A DNA stretch of 64,000 bases from Lingula anatina (lineage: Eukaryota > Animalia > Brachiopoda), in the NCBI GenBank assembly GCA_051362555.1, contig CM120640.1, forward strand, positions 48,090,788 through 48,154,787, read 5' to 3'. Made by a program: the position numbers and the translations under genes. Under the pieces are notes generated by a model that made no database searches, was not told where the DNA came from, and was given only the letters and a program-made list of their open reading frames with translations. Below, one piece after another: positions 12,952-27,500 of this stretch; the first letter of the stretch is position 1, and every line of letters begins with the position of its first letter.

Positions 12952-15777
12952 GGCTTGACTTCAGTCTCTCGGGTTTACAACAGAGGACTTCCTGGAAGAG
13001 AAGAAACTGAATAAATCATAACCATTCAAAGCTTTAACTTAAAATTTAAAACTCTTGCCTGCAATTGCTTCCCTACAATGCCAAAGCTTCCATACCTACT
13101 CTTCCTAATGGCAGCAGATAAGGTATGTACCTTAAAAAAAAATTATTTTAAAAATACAATGATGTACTAGGGTTATCAAAAAGTTAAAATCTAAATATTT
13201 CAGGTACTTGCACAGGTGCATGCAAATTGAACATTCATTGGATAAGCGCTCCTTGTCTGAGCAAAACCACAGTAATAATAATCAAGCAGTATAGTCAAGC
13301 CTTCATGTCAGCTAGATCATGTATAGAGATCATGGAGTCGTGAAGAATACGTGTTACACTTGGAATATCAAACACCTGAGTTAAGTAATATTCATACTAT
13401 TCTGTAAACAAGTATGTGGCCTTTTAAAAATTTTAATTGGTAGTAGGAGCCTTTAAATGTCAAATTTATAGTGGCAGCATAGAGTGCCACTCCCTTGTAG
13501 GCATGATTTTAAAAAATGAGAGTGCAAGGCAGGCCACTGAGTATCCCCCCCTCCCCACACACACACACACACAATCTTCCATCTGTCTTGACATCCTCCA
13601 TGATCCTTCTACACAGCTTGAAGCAATCTCCAGATCTCTTTCAAATAATGCATGTTTTTCTTTTCATTACTACTAGGTTTCAAATACTTTTCATTCCTTT
13701 GAATTCAAGTTTTTATGTAAAAAACCCCTCAAAATGCAGATGTTTTTTGTGCACATTTTTAACAGTAAACGTAAACCAGTGTTCAGTAGACTAAATATAG
13801 AACGAGGTTTGTTCTTGCTCATACTCTCTCTCATACACGTCCTCGGAACTAAAAAACAGGATTTGGCATGTAGTAGAAGTTCATTCAGCATCAAACACCT
13901 ACAGTCCCAATGGTTATATTTGTCAGCAAACAAGTCCCAGTTTGTCGATGTGATTAAAAATGGCGTCAAATCACCATACACCTGAAGATATCTCTCCAAT
14001 TACCTTTCATTCAAGGCTTTAGGGACATACTTCACCCTTGCTGGGAGATTGGTGGGAGGCATGAATTATTTCTTGATTTTATTTGACATTTCATAACCCC
14101 AGCATAAACTTAACATTCCCTCTCTCAAATTTTGTTTGCATTTAATGGGGAGGTCTGAAGACACCTGACACTTAAGAGGGGTCATATGCCTTTCATTAAC
14201 ACTACTTTTATGGTAGGGTCTGTGTAGAGAGAGACCAAACAGAAGAAATCTTAACCTGTGTATCTAATGTTACATTTCATTAGCAGTGTTGCCAACTCCA
14301 TAGGTCTTGAGCTATGTTCAGATACAATTAGGGCTTTCTAAGTCAGAAAACAGATGAAAACTGCATCCTCAGACAACAATATCACAAAATCTTTCTAAGC
14401 TAATGGTTCTTATAAGAGTCTTTTGTTAAATCTGTCGGTGTATTTCAAATGAAGATTTAGAAAAATGTTACAAGAAGTCTTTAACATAATTTCTTTGCGA
14501 GTCCTATAGACAGTTTCGACACAATAGGCCCAGTACATATTTCTAATCCATACCATATGTTTCACATATGGTGAATTATATTTTCGATATTTGCTCACGG
14601 TTAGGTATATATGTATTTTAAAAACAAATAAATTTGCACAATAAATTTGCTCTGGCAACTTGAATGTCTTTTTTTTCTGTGTGTTAGGGTAATGCCTTAT
14701 ACCTAGATTGTATATCTTGTACATTAGTTATACCAACACAGTGATAAGTAACTTTAAACCCACATAAGATCCATTAGTATAATAAATTTTGACATTTTAT
14801 TAGTTTGCTAATTTGAATTTATATTAAGTCAATCTGTCCAATATAGAAACTATTCAAACTGACAACCAATTGCTTTAAAGAAAGCTTAAAGCTTCTCTAC
14901 TTGTGTTTTTACGCATGTACCCAAACAATCATTGAATGGATGAAAAATATTAATAACTATTATTCTAAAGTAAAGTATGGACATTATTTTGGTTGCTTTT
15001 GCAAAGCTAATTAAGGAAAAATTAACATCAGCTTTGCAGGATACTCATGGGCACAAAAAATGTGACTGGGGCGTTTTTGAATGCATATAACACACCTTTA
15101 AATCAGAGCAGAGATATAAACAATCCATGAGGTTTCTTTTAACTGGTCTTTTATCTCTGTTTACACAAATTACAGAGCCTTTGTCAAACTAAACTTACAT
15201 ACTTATAACGGATGGGATATTAATTTAATTTTCTAGACACTTTCCTGCCATGGTATAGAAACAGGATCTCACTTGATTATATGTGTTTAACTTGTAAGTA
15301 ATTCCTAAATTACACGGTTACATCACTACCTCTACATCAGTAAGGGAAGTCCATTCAAATAAAGGTTCAAGTTCAATGATTCGTAATTCAATTAATGTCA
15401 CCAATTACATCACGATTTCAGTGAAACGTAACGTAGCTATGCAGCATTGAAACAAATTACTGTCAGTTGATTCATTTACAACAATAACTGCAACAGCTGG
15501 AACCCAACGTCAAGCAGATATATCGTATAATTTCTGTCCCCTCCCATTCAACGAGATTGTTTTGACAAGCGGCCATGATGAAAATCCAGGGATAAGGCCT
15601 GGTGGCTTCATAAGTTGACACTTGTCAAAAGGCCATCATCTTTATCGCCAAAACAAAAAAAGTATATTCTGTGCCATGTCTTTCAACAATACATGCTCTA
15701 CAAATAGCACAATTTATAAAAACTATGTTAAAAGAACCGTTCAAGGTCCTGCGAATACCAGTTTAATTGTCACCCAC

Positions 15778-15920
15778 CTGGACCAGCTCCACGCCACACT
15801 GCGACCGTGTAACCCTTGACCCACTTTTCATTGTATTGATTGGTTGAAAGTTTTGATAGGTCAGGTGCATAACCTCAGCGTTCTTTCCCTGGGCGGCGAA
15901 AATTTGTAAAAGGGGCGCGT
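15778..15920 (-). promoter_or_regulatory. Putative TnT promoter and non-coding first exon, splicing to the acceptor at 12991
   Basis: Donor CCAG|gtgggt at 15778/15777, locally CpG-rich, minus-strand CCAAT at 15839-15843; exon 2 (12991-12896) has an acceptor and 40 nt of UTR with an in-frame stop, so an upstream exon is required. Confidence 0.55.
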
Positions 15921-16974
15921 TGCATTTATTTATTTATTTAATTTTTTTTAGTAAATACGTCATCTACAGCTACCTTAATTTCAATTTCAACATTTTCACA
16001 TTAAAAAGACTTAAATACAAAAATGAAAAAGAAGCGCATGTTTTTGGTCATGCGGACAACCAAGTTTCACTTTCAGCTGATATTTTGAGGAATACTGTTA
16101 TGGGTAAAGGGAAGAATATTTTTAATGAAATGTTTCATTTAAACAGATTTTAATCAGGATTTTTTAAAATACTTTTCCATTAATATAATGTTCCAAGCCA
16201 ATTTAAAACTCTCTAAAATATTTTCTAAACAAAGGGCATATTAAATTCATACAATAAAAATAAACACAAAGCTGGCTTTATTTTGATGGAAATAATTATC
16301 TTAGATTGTATATGTGCCCAACTATATTACCAAAATTTTATGAAGTTTTGAAATTGATCCCCGAAGATAAAAAAATGTATCCTAAACATTCTGATTTAGT
16401 CGGCTAAACAGGAAAACGAGAACTAATATCTACAATGTAATATGCGATACTGTCCTTTCATGTCCACTCTTGTGAAATTAATACAATTTAACAAATAAAG
16501 GTCACAACAAAGTGTGCATTACAGGAAGTCACAGCTAAAATGACAAATTGTTATTTTAATGACACTGCTAGTATGTGAGAATCACATTACTATGTAAACA
16601 GCCAGTTTTGTGTTCATTTTTGTGCAGGTATTGTCAGGTTGCTGTAGGACACAAGGGGATTGGTAGAATGTCCTCTGAACTAATTTACAGGGGAAGATCA
16701 AATGTTGTGGAGAGGAACTTTCTGACCTCTTGAAGTGCATAGCTGCATTTTGTGGAATTTCTGCAGCTCATCCCATACTTACACATTCCCAATGTTTCTA
16801 TTCTTTTTTTTTTTTTTTTCTTATTTTGGAAAGTAATTCTTACATGCCATTGATAATGATATAAATGAAAGTTAAGAAGTGTTTTGGTCAGAAATATGCT
16901 TTGAATGAATCCATTATATTCAAATATCGAAATAAACAGATGTACCAGTAAATATCAGCAAGAAAATAAATAAC

Positions 16975-17001
16975 ACTGTTTTGAAAATGACTGGATTTAT
17001 T
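16975..17001 (-). terminator. Putative TnI polyadenylation signal
   Basis: Minus-strand AATAAA at 17001-16996 followed ~20 nt later by CA and a GT/T-rich tract; first canonical AATAAA I found after the stop at 18521. Confidence 0.55.
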
Positions 17002-17856
17002 GTTTACAAACATGAAAGTTCATACATACGTCAATCATTTTCTACAAAATGGGACTTTCTTTGCCTGTTTTGCTCTACCCACTCATCTGTCATTTTAATG
17101 TATACCACCATGACTGTCAAAGGTTCATATTATGTACCTTTTACATCAGATAAATCGTTTATGTTCCAGCAGTAAATACTGCTTTTCTTGCATGGTGTTC
17201 ATTGGATTTCACACACACTTCATCGAACCCGTTAAGTTTTTAAAATTATCCAGTTGTTACTGTTGTTAGGGCTAACAGTTCCAAGAAGAGGCAGAACAGT
17301 CAACAGTGTTGCTAGTGAGGAACCGTCCCCATCCAGTATGGTGAGAATTGTTTTTATCTGATAAATTGATATACAGAGAGGACGTCTTCTTTAGTTATTG
17401 AAAAATTGTTGGAGGAAAGTCAATGAAATATGGACTCCATATATATCATTAACAAACCGCTTCCACTAATGATGACATAGCTAGGTTAATTTTTTCTACA
17501 GAAGGCTTTACATACTGATATATAAATATGTTAAGGAGCAAAAGCCCCAGATCACACTTTACACACAAGGAATAAACTACAAAATCTAATGCCACATGGA
17601 TAGTTTGCTTAAAAGCGTATATGAATGCAATGTGACCAAGAAGAACTTTTAAAGCTAAGTATGAAACCTTAATAAAAAGCAAAAGCAAGATTGGCATTGG
17701 ATTTTAATTTCAATGCAATTTTATGTTAGATTTCTCTTGGCAGAGCCCTGAACTAACCAAGCTGACTTTCTAATAGTATATGTATAAAATAGTGCTATAT
17801 GGTTAAAATATCTTATAAGATTGAGTTTAAAATGTCCATTTAAAAACTGTACACGT

Positions 17857-17931
17857 TTTAAGCATTTTAAACAAGTGGAAATAATTCCTGAATGTTAAGC
17901 ATTTCAAACGAGTGGAAATAATTCCTGATTG
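17857..17931. repeat. 37-bp tandem duplication in the putative TnI 3' UTR
   Basis: ttaagcattt(t/c)aaac(a/g)agtggaaataattcctga(a/t)tg twice. Confidence 0.85.
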
Positions 17932-18520
17932 TTCATCAATAAACAAAACATGTACGAATCCACAATTTCACAAACAAAGGGATGTCCCATTAAAAAGTGA
18001 AACTGAAACTGCACAAAAAGAAGCCTTCCTTTTTTACTACTGTAACTGCCATTAGGGCCCAGGTCATTCTTTTTTTTAAGATGCATCTTAAAAAATTACT
18101 TGAAAGGAGCTAAGAATCTTCAATGGATGCTCAGATCTAGGACCAGTTCTGTTCATTAACTATCACACACTATTGCACTTAAGTAATAAATGCTGACAAG
18201 TTGAGAGAGTTGGCTCTACATGGCTACCTGTATCAAGACTGTATATATAAATAAATGTGGGATAATCCTCCCTAATCCATTGATTTGCCAGCACTCAATC
18301 TACAATCCTGAAGTAGCAGAATCCAAGTCAACTGAGTAGAAGAATATATCTGGCGGTGGTTTGAGTTACAGATTCCATTGAGTGAACAAATGAATGGAAA
18401 TTAGAGATTAAAAAAGCAACCCAAGATGGTACTCTTGGCTTAGTCTGTGGAAAGTAGTTCTTGTCTTTTCTTTTGTTCAGCACACATTGGGTTTTGATTT
18501 TAGTTTCTCAGTCCTTGCAT

Positions 18521-21500
18521 CTAACTCTCAGCTTCCTGGTGTTTCTGCAGACCCTCTCGCCAATCTGGATTTTTTGCAGCCTGGAAAATGATTCAGGTTG
18601 AGATAATAATTGCAGTCTAGTCAAGGATAAAAATACAGATAAGAAAACTCAAGCTGGATAAAACCCAACAAAATGACATACATTTTGAGCTTACCCAAAC
18701 TACTTATTGTATTAAATGTTTTGAACTGCACAGGTTTTACATCTATCAAAGTTATAAATAAATTTAGTAATACTGTGCAAAGAGCCACAGTGAATATATA
18801 ATGGAAAAAAATCAAATCTACTATTTTGACAGTTCTATTCAACTTTTGAAAATTATCCTAAAAGATACATAAAGAAAGAGGACAAATAGGCTTTTTCAAA
18901 TGAATTAAACTATCCTTCAGTATACCTCTTCTTCCTCCTTTAATGCATATTTACTCTGGCCTGTTGATTTGAGTTGGTTGCGGAAGGATTCTTTTCCACC
19001 CTTGTTTCTGTCAAACCTGGCCAATCTTGAAATACAAACATTTTTTTGTCAAAATACTGTCAGCACTTCTCTTTAAACACAAAACATCATACAATTAAAT
19101 GCACGAGTTCATTAATACCGACAATTAAGTTCATTAATATATTTGATTAAAAAATTTCAAAAAGTAAGAAAATTATATTATAATAAAATATTTCCATGAG
19201 CACTTTTGAGAGCAGAGTATGCAAGCTTATAGAACCAATCAATGAAAACTTACTTGGCATCTGTCTTGGAGACCTTCTTCAGCACAGGTTTGATGCTAAA
19301 ATGAAAAATGTTGAACTAAAAAGTTACCAATTTTTTTACATAGGCAAAAAGTATTTTTAAAAAAGTCGGGCAATTTAAGTTTTAATCTCATTTAAATCAT
19401 TAAAGTAGTCTTTATGAAATTAAAGGTACAGCCCCATTTAGTGTATTTACAGCATCTCGCAGAATATTCAACTTGGAAAATCCAGAAACAATTTATTTTA
19501 AGAGGTTAAGGCTATTATTGAATGTGATGTATGCACACTCCTCAACCATTTTCCACAAAAATCTGGCTAACACTAATTCACAAAACTTTAAATGTTCTAC
19601 ACTAACTGAAAGCTCTCGGAGGAGATGGCTGAACAAATGTACACCCACATAAAGATGGAAGATGGACAGACAGACAACCACATTTCTAACTAAATTCACT
19701 GTAGGAAGAGCCAGGTATAGAAACAATTTCTAAAACTGTCGAAGTATTTTACTTTTGTTCTTTTGTAATCTGCTTCAGAGAAAAAACAACTGTTAACAAA
19801 AGAAAAACGTATATAATTTTAATAAAAATAAAAGCAAAAAAAAAGAGCAGTACTTACAATTTACCCTTGATGTCATTTACTTTTATCGTAAGCTCATTGA
19901 TCTAGATATAAGATAAAGTTTATGTTAAAACATATTTATGCTTCCTGTGCACAATAAAAGATTCCGCAGTTATTTTAAGTTACTAAAGAAAACTTCAAAG
20001 CATGAGTAAGCCTTCAAAATTATTCTATATTACTATATGCGAGGATATGCAGAAATGTGAGAACTAAAGAAAAATAAGTATAGCAATTTTAACAACAAGC
20101 TTTTAAAAATCCTATTCTCAGTGCATAATACTGTTATTATACTGAATGTGCAACAATACTAAGTTGATTCAACTCTATACAAAATACTTAAAAAAAGAAA
20201 CTGAATCATTAATGTCATATTTAGTTGTAAAGCATACAGCATTTGTCAAAGCAAATCATGCAAGTACATGAAACAGTTAAATCTGTAGATAAAAAGTCAA
20301 AAATGAGAGAAAAAGGGTGACAATATAAGACAATACAGAAAGGATGGTTACCAACATATTACAGGACAACAGGATAGAGAACAAGGCAGCAAAGCTGTCA
20401 AATGTACAGACAAAAAACAGGAAATAACTATGCACAAAATAGGCTACTGTCAATTCTGATGCAAAAATACATTATATTAAACTGCAAATTCAACATCAAA
20501 TTTTAATTATGCTCAACAGGTAATACCAATGTAAGTGAAATGTGTATAAAGTTCACACTTTGAAAATGTATAACTTCCAGAAAAAGAAGCCAATTAGACT
20601 GCTTTTCCAACTCAGGCTGCATTTTAGTCCTATATTTCTATTTTGAGAGTTTGGCAATCATAAGTAACATGGTTTTCCCATAATGGTCATCATGGCAGCA
20701 GCACCCAAAATTGTGTTTTCTTCTATTCTGATGCCAAATTACATAATGGTTGACAGCATAATGACCGTCAATTTTTAATAATAAAATATACGTATCATGG
20801 ATTTTCAAAAAATGTGACTAGCCTGGGTCTTCAAGCCTGTGGAACTTCAAAGTCACACCTTGAAAATGCCAATAAGTGAAAAATTAAATTTTCACAAAAA
20901 AACTGTTTAACTGGCAGTAAGAATTACCAAACAGATTGCATTGCCTACTGAAGCTGTATTTTAGTCCCATGTTTCTTTCCTGTAAGTTTGAGAACAGTAA
21001 GTGACATGGTTTTTCTTAAATGGTCATCATGGGACCAGTGCCCAAAATAGTTTTTTTTTCAAATTTTGATGCAATATTACATAATGTTTAACAGCATAAT
21101 GACCAATTTTAATAATAAAATATTAGTATTATGGATATTCAGAAAATGTGACTGGCAAAGGTCTTCAGGCCCATGGAACTTCAAAGTCACAACTTGAAAA
21201 TGCCAAAATGTAAACAAGACAGCACTGTTCTGAAATGTTTTTTTTCCCCCATTTTTAACAATTTTTAACATAAAACAAAATTAACAGTTTACTTCTGTTT
21301 TTATATGATCAACTAAGAAAATTGATGAGATGGGAAAAATATCAATAGAGCAGTGTTAAATGTCCAATTTCTTCCATTCTGAGATTCTGAACATAGTGAA
21401 TGATTGAATCTGACAAACTGCAATGATAACTAATTATGTTGTAAAGATGCAGGTAATGCCAAACAAACACTTTTACGTATCTTATTAATTAAATAATGAG

Positions 21501-24500
21501 ACTGTTAACATGCCTAAGAATTGAATCTGAGGAAATGTGAAAAAACAGCATTTCTTCAAAATAATGGCCCCGATTATGCTGATTTTTGAACTCAACCTGC
21601 GTTTTAGCAGGAATGACCACTCTTGTGAGTTTAATGACAATTGGCCTATCTGTTTTTCTTATTTTGTGTTTACAGTGTTGCATATATGCTGAAAAGTGAA
21701 AAAAAAGCATAATTACTAAAATAAGGGCCCGATCATGCCGATTTTCGAACTTGACCTGCGTTATAGTAAGATCAATTACTCCTGTGAGTTTCATAACAAC
21801 AGGCCTATCGGTTTTCCTTGAAATGTGTTTACAGTGTTGCATATATGCTGAAAAGTGAAAAAACAGCATAACTTCTACAATAATGGCCCCATCATGCTGA
21901 TTTTTAAACTTGACCTGCGTTTTATGAATATTCATCAACTCTGTAAATATACAGCCAAAAAGTAAAACTGCCTTCCACTTATCGTGTTTACAATGAAAGT
22001 GAACGGCACCGGCAACAGCGACAGTGACGGCAATGCCGGCGACGACAGATGCAGGTGATGGCAATATGTACAGACACATCTGTACATATTTACTGTACTG
22101 TTTGAGAACAGTAAGTGACATGGTTTTTCTTAAATGGTCATCATGGGACCAGTGCCCAAAATAGTTTTTTTTCAAATTTTGATGCAATATTACATAATGT
22201 TTAATTTTAATAATAAAATATTAGTATCATGGATATTCAGAAAATGTGACTAGCAAAGGTCTTCAGGCCCATATGGAACTTCAAAGTCACAACTTGAAAA
22301 TGCCAAAATGTAAACAAGACAGCACTGTTCTGAAATGTTTTTTTTCCATTTTTAACAATTTTTTTAACATAAAACAAAATTAACAGGTTATTGCCATCTT
22401 TATATGATCAACTAAGAAAATTGATGAGATGGGAAAAATATAAATACAACAGTGTTAAATGTCCAATTTCCTCCATTCTGAGATTCTAAACATAGTGAAT
22501 GATTGCATCTGACAAACTGCAATGATATGAGTTTATTTCCATTTTTGAAACTTTATTACACAATACATGATAACAAGTTTACCATCAGTTTTACATAATC
22601 AACTAATAATGTTGTAAAGATACAGGAAATGTCAACCAAACACTTTAACATGTCTTATTAGTTAAATAATGAGACTGTTAACATGCCTAAGAATTGAATC
22701 TGAGGAAATGTGAAACAAGACAGCACTGTTCTGACATGGGTTTATTTCCATTTTTAACACTTTTTTTAACATAAAACAAAATAAACAGTTTACTGCAATT
22801 TTTATATGATCAACTAAGAAAATTGATGAGATGGGGAAAATATCAATAGAATAGTGTTAAATGTCTAATTTCCTCCATTCTGAGATTCTGAACATAGTGA
22901 ATGATTAAATCTGACAAACTGCAATGATATGAGTTTATTTCCATTTTTGACACTTTATTACACAATACACGATAACAAGTTTACCATCATTTTTACATAA
23001 TCAACTAACAATGTTGTAAAGATGCAGGAAATGTCAAACAAACACTTTTACGTATCTTATTAGTTCAATAATGAGACTGTTAACATGCCTAAGAGTTGAA
23101 TCTGAGGAAATGTGAAAAAACAGCATAACTTCTAATATAATGGCCTGATTATGCTGATTTTCGAACTCAACCTGCATTTTAGTAAGATTGACCACTACTG
23201 TGAGTTTAATGACAATTGGCCAATCTGTTTTTCTTATATTGTGTTTACAGTGTTGCATACATGCTGAAAAATGAAAAAACAGCATGACTACTAAAATAGT
23301 GGCCCGATCATGCTGATTTTCGAACTTGACCTGCGTTTTCATAAGACTGATTACTCCTGTGAGTTTCATGACAACAGGCCTAACGGTTTTCCTTAAAATG
23401 TGTTTACAGGGTTGCATATATGCTGAAAAAAGTGAAAAAACAGCATAACTTCCCTTAAAATGGCCCGCTCATGCTGATTTTCGAACTTGACCTGCGTTTT
23501 ATGAATATTCATCAGCTCTGTAAATATTAAGCCAAAAAGTAAAACTGCCCTCCACTTATCGTGTTTACAAGGAAAGTGCACGGCGACGGCATCGGCGACG
23601 ACAGACGCAGGTGATGACAATGTGTACAGACACATCTGTGTCTGTACATAAAAATGTGACTAGCAAAGGTCTTCAGGCCCATGGAACTTCAAAGTCACAT
23701 CTTGAAAATGCCAAAATGTAAACAAGACAGCACTCTTCTGAAATGGGTTTATTTCCGTTTTTAACACTTTTTTAACATAAAACAAAATAAACAGTTTACT
23801 GCCATTTTTTTATGACCAACTAAGAAAATTGATGAAATGAGAAAAGTATCAATAGAACAGTGTTAAATGTCCAATTTCCTCCATTCTGAGATTCCGAACA
23901 TAGTGGATGATTGAATCTGACAAACTGCAATGATATGAGTTTATTTCCGTTTTTGACACTTGATTACACAATACATGATAACAAGTTTACCATCATTTTT
24001 ATATAATCAACTAACAATGTTGTAAAGATGCAGGAAATGTCAAACAAACACTTTTACGTATCTTATTACTTAAATAATAAGGCTTTTAACATGCCTAAGA
24101 ATTAAATCTGAGGAAATCTGAGGAAATGTGAAAAAACAGCATAACTTCTAAAATAATGCCCCGATTATGCTGATTTTCGAACTCAACCTGCGTTTTAGTA
24201 AGACTGACCATTCCTGTGAGTTTAATGACAATTGGGCTTTCTGTTTTTCTTATATTGTGTTTACAGTGTTGCATATATGCTGAACAATGAAATAACCGCA
24301 TAACTACTAAAATAGTGGCCCGATCATGCTGATTTTCGAACTTGACCTGCGTTTTAGTAAGATTGATTACTCCTGTGAGTTTTGTGACAACAAGCCTAAC
24401 GGTTTTCCTTGAAATGTGTTTACAAGGTTGCATATATGCTGAAAAGTGAAAAAACAGCATAACCTCTACAATAATGGCCCGATCATGCTGATTTTCGAAC

Positions 24501-27500
24501 TTGACCTGCGTTTTATGAATATTCATCAGCTCTGTAAATATAAAGCCAAAAAGTGAAACTGCCTTCCACTTATCGTGTTTACAAGGAAAGTGCACGGCGC
24601 CGGCGACGGCATCGGCATCGGCATCGGCATCGGCGACGGCAACGACAGACGCAGGTGATGGCAATATGTACAGACACATCTGTGTCTGTACATAAAAAGG
24701 GTTTCACACAAATTCTTAATACCTTCCAAATCTACTCTGTTAAAATATGCTCAGTTGAAAAAGTTTGAATATTTGCAATAAAGAAATTTCATTAGGGTTT
24801 AATACAAAGAGTAATCCTCAGATGTCAAATAAAATAACAAACAGATAGTTCAAACTGTATAAGACCATAGCACTGTACGATACATATAGCTTAAGCAATT
24901 GCTTCATGCAGACAATGTTTACGATACTATGAGTAAGCAAGCTATGCTATTAATGGTTTAGTGCCTCTAAATAGTTATTCCTTGTTGGTACTACAAGATA
25001 ATAGGTTGTAAGAGCTAGACACTGTAAATAATTGAAAGATAGCTGGCATGTTTGTATATAACTCTGAACAAATAGAGATAGTCTAGAAACTAATACACAT
25101 TGTGTGCATACTAAGTGTCCTCTAGATAAATGTGATTATCTTTGAAGTTGATGATAAGTTGTTGACTCGTTGACTTGAGTACATATTCAATAAAATGTCA
25201 ATGAGTAATAGAAACATACTAGAGATAAAGCTCTTACTTTATTAATGTTATGTTTACACTTCGGGTTTTCTTCATTTCTGAAATTTCTGTGATACTGATA
25301 CCTACTACTTAACTGAACCCTAGCTATACAATACCTACCTCGAAATCTTGTTTGCGTATTTTAACTTCCCACTCATATTTATCTTCTTCCAACTGAGCGT
25401 ATTTCTCGTATAACTTCCTACAGAGTCTTTCAACCTCCTCTGTTAGTAGAAAAAGTTATTACTGTGTTGGGTTGCCTTTATATATAGTAGAGGGCACACC
25501 AAAATCAGACACAAATTGCTGGGTCAATGCCATCAATTCATTTTTTGTTTTTTTAAAAAGGGACTTAAGCTATTAAAATTTTTTAGTTACTAAATTTCTG
25601 ATGACAATTCTAAGATGAATATATTAAATATCAAATATCAGTAAAATTCAGTTATACATATTGTCATTTTAACAGGTCTAGTCCCTTTTAGAATACTCTT
25701 AATCACAACAAAGAATATTCCATTAAAAACTTCAAATAAATTAGTGACAATGTATCCAACTTGTTCTAAAATAAACCATGCTTATCACTGATTAGCCCTC
25801 CTTTATGCCCTGCAATTAAGAGAACACACCATAAGGTCAGCCCACAATGGCAACAATACCAACACTGCAGTTACAATACAATGTCAATAGCAACAGCAGT
25901 AGCAGCATCCAGCAAGCACAATGACAATGTTACACCAGCCAGTCAGCCAACCCTTCAGCCTGCAATAGAAGTCATATCTGATACTCCAAGGGTTACCTCG
26001 AAATCTTGTTTGCGAATTTTCAGCTCCACGTCGTATTTCTCTTCGTGTAAGCGGGCATACTGCTGGTAGAGTTTTCTGACAATCCTTTCAAGATCCTCTA
26101 TAAATTGACAATGGGAAGATAGATAGATAGGATGATGGGATCTAGTGTAAAAACCCACACATACAACATCAACACAAATGTGTTCATTGTGCAGAAGACA
26201 GGACTATAAAACATGATCACAGATCACAAGGAGTAGTCCCTACTTCATGGGAGAGGAGAAGACCAACACCAAGCAAGAGTTCCTCCAGTCTAAGCTCTGG
26301 TAGGGAAAAAAAGACCAACAAAGTTCCACTATTTTCAAAATGAATTCTGTAATGCTGAGAACATTTGTAATAGAGTCTTCACTTTGAAATTATTTTGTAA
26401 ATTTTGCAAAAATATAACAAACGAAAGGAAAGAAATGATTATATTATTGAACTATGACCAAAAAAAAAAAGTTGAAGTAGTATTTGGAAAAAAAAATTAA
26501 ATTAAAATTTTAGCCTTCAAAATGTATAAAATATTGTATGGAGTTGGTCCTCCTATGACACCAGAATGGAAGACAGATCATTCCAGATGCTATGATAGTT
26601 GCAAATCCCATTCCGAGGTTCCAGACAGAGGGGATCTCCTCTACTTTACCTCCCAGTCTTGTTTGCGGATTTTCATTTCTATATCAAATTTCTCTTCCTC
26701 CTGAGTGCAATACTGAGCATACAATTTCTTAATTATGTCCTCTAGCTCCTCTGAAATTGTAAGTTGTTGAAAAAATGTGCTCTTTTAATAATACTAGAAG
26801 TATTGGTCATGGTTGGTAGAAATCCATTGAGGTCTCAAGTGAATCATGCATGGCCATTAAACTTTGACGATCTGCATAACACAATGAACATTTGACTCTC
26901 ACTATAGCAAGATGTTTTATAACCAGTGTGAACAAACTTACTAGTTGAAATTTAATAGGCAAAAAGATATAACAGAAAAAAATGTTTTTTTTTTAGTAGA
27001 TTTAACAAAAGAAAAGCCTTTGCATAACCATTACATACTTAACATATGTGAGACAACAAGCAGTTAGACGAGTTGCACAGGAAAACACTTATTTTCTGCC
27101 TGACAATTACGTTTGTACTTGTGTTCAAAACTAAGATGTGTAAACGATTACACCAAGTACACAGAAAGAATACAAATATAACAATGTAGTGATATGTCAA
27201 ACAGAGAGACAACATTTTTTACTTGCCTCCTCAATCATCATGCTGCAAAAAAAGACATTTAATTGCAGAAATTATCTTTAAAAATACATATTTAACAAAG
27301 TATCCAGAACACACTATCAATTATGTGTACAAAACAAAACACACTTGTGAGAAAGTGTAGTTTTACACTAAAGCAGGCAAGCTAAAAATCTGTTACAAAC
27401 ACAAGTCTGGTCTACCACCATTAAATATCTTTACTAAGAGCTGTGCATGCAACAAAATGATAACTTGGAGGCATTAGATAATCCCTGTTTGGCCAAAGTG

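Noticed and set aside
12896-18926. TnI-TnT read-through fusion protein via the TnT exon-2 acceptor
   Set aside because: Splicing from the phase-0 TnI donor gives EVLCCKPERLKSSHGR*, out of frame with TnT, and the TnT frame has a TGA upstream of its ATG
21489-24679. Long repetitive minus-strand ORFs (232, 127, 194 aa; KTQVKFENQHDRA repeats)
   Set aside because: They are translations of the ~120-bp tandem units of an intronic element; frames break differently between copies and no domain or splice support is visible
20460-24700. CRISPR-like or prokaryotic repeat system
   Set aside because: Eukaryotic intron; the repeats are long, degenerate and lack unique spacers or cas genes
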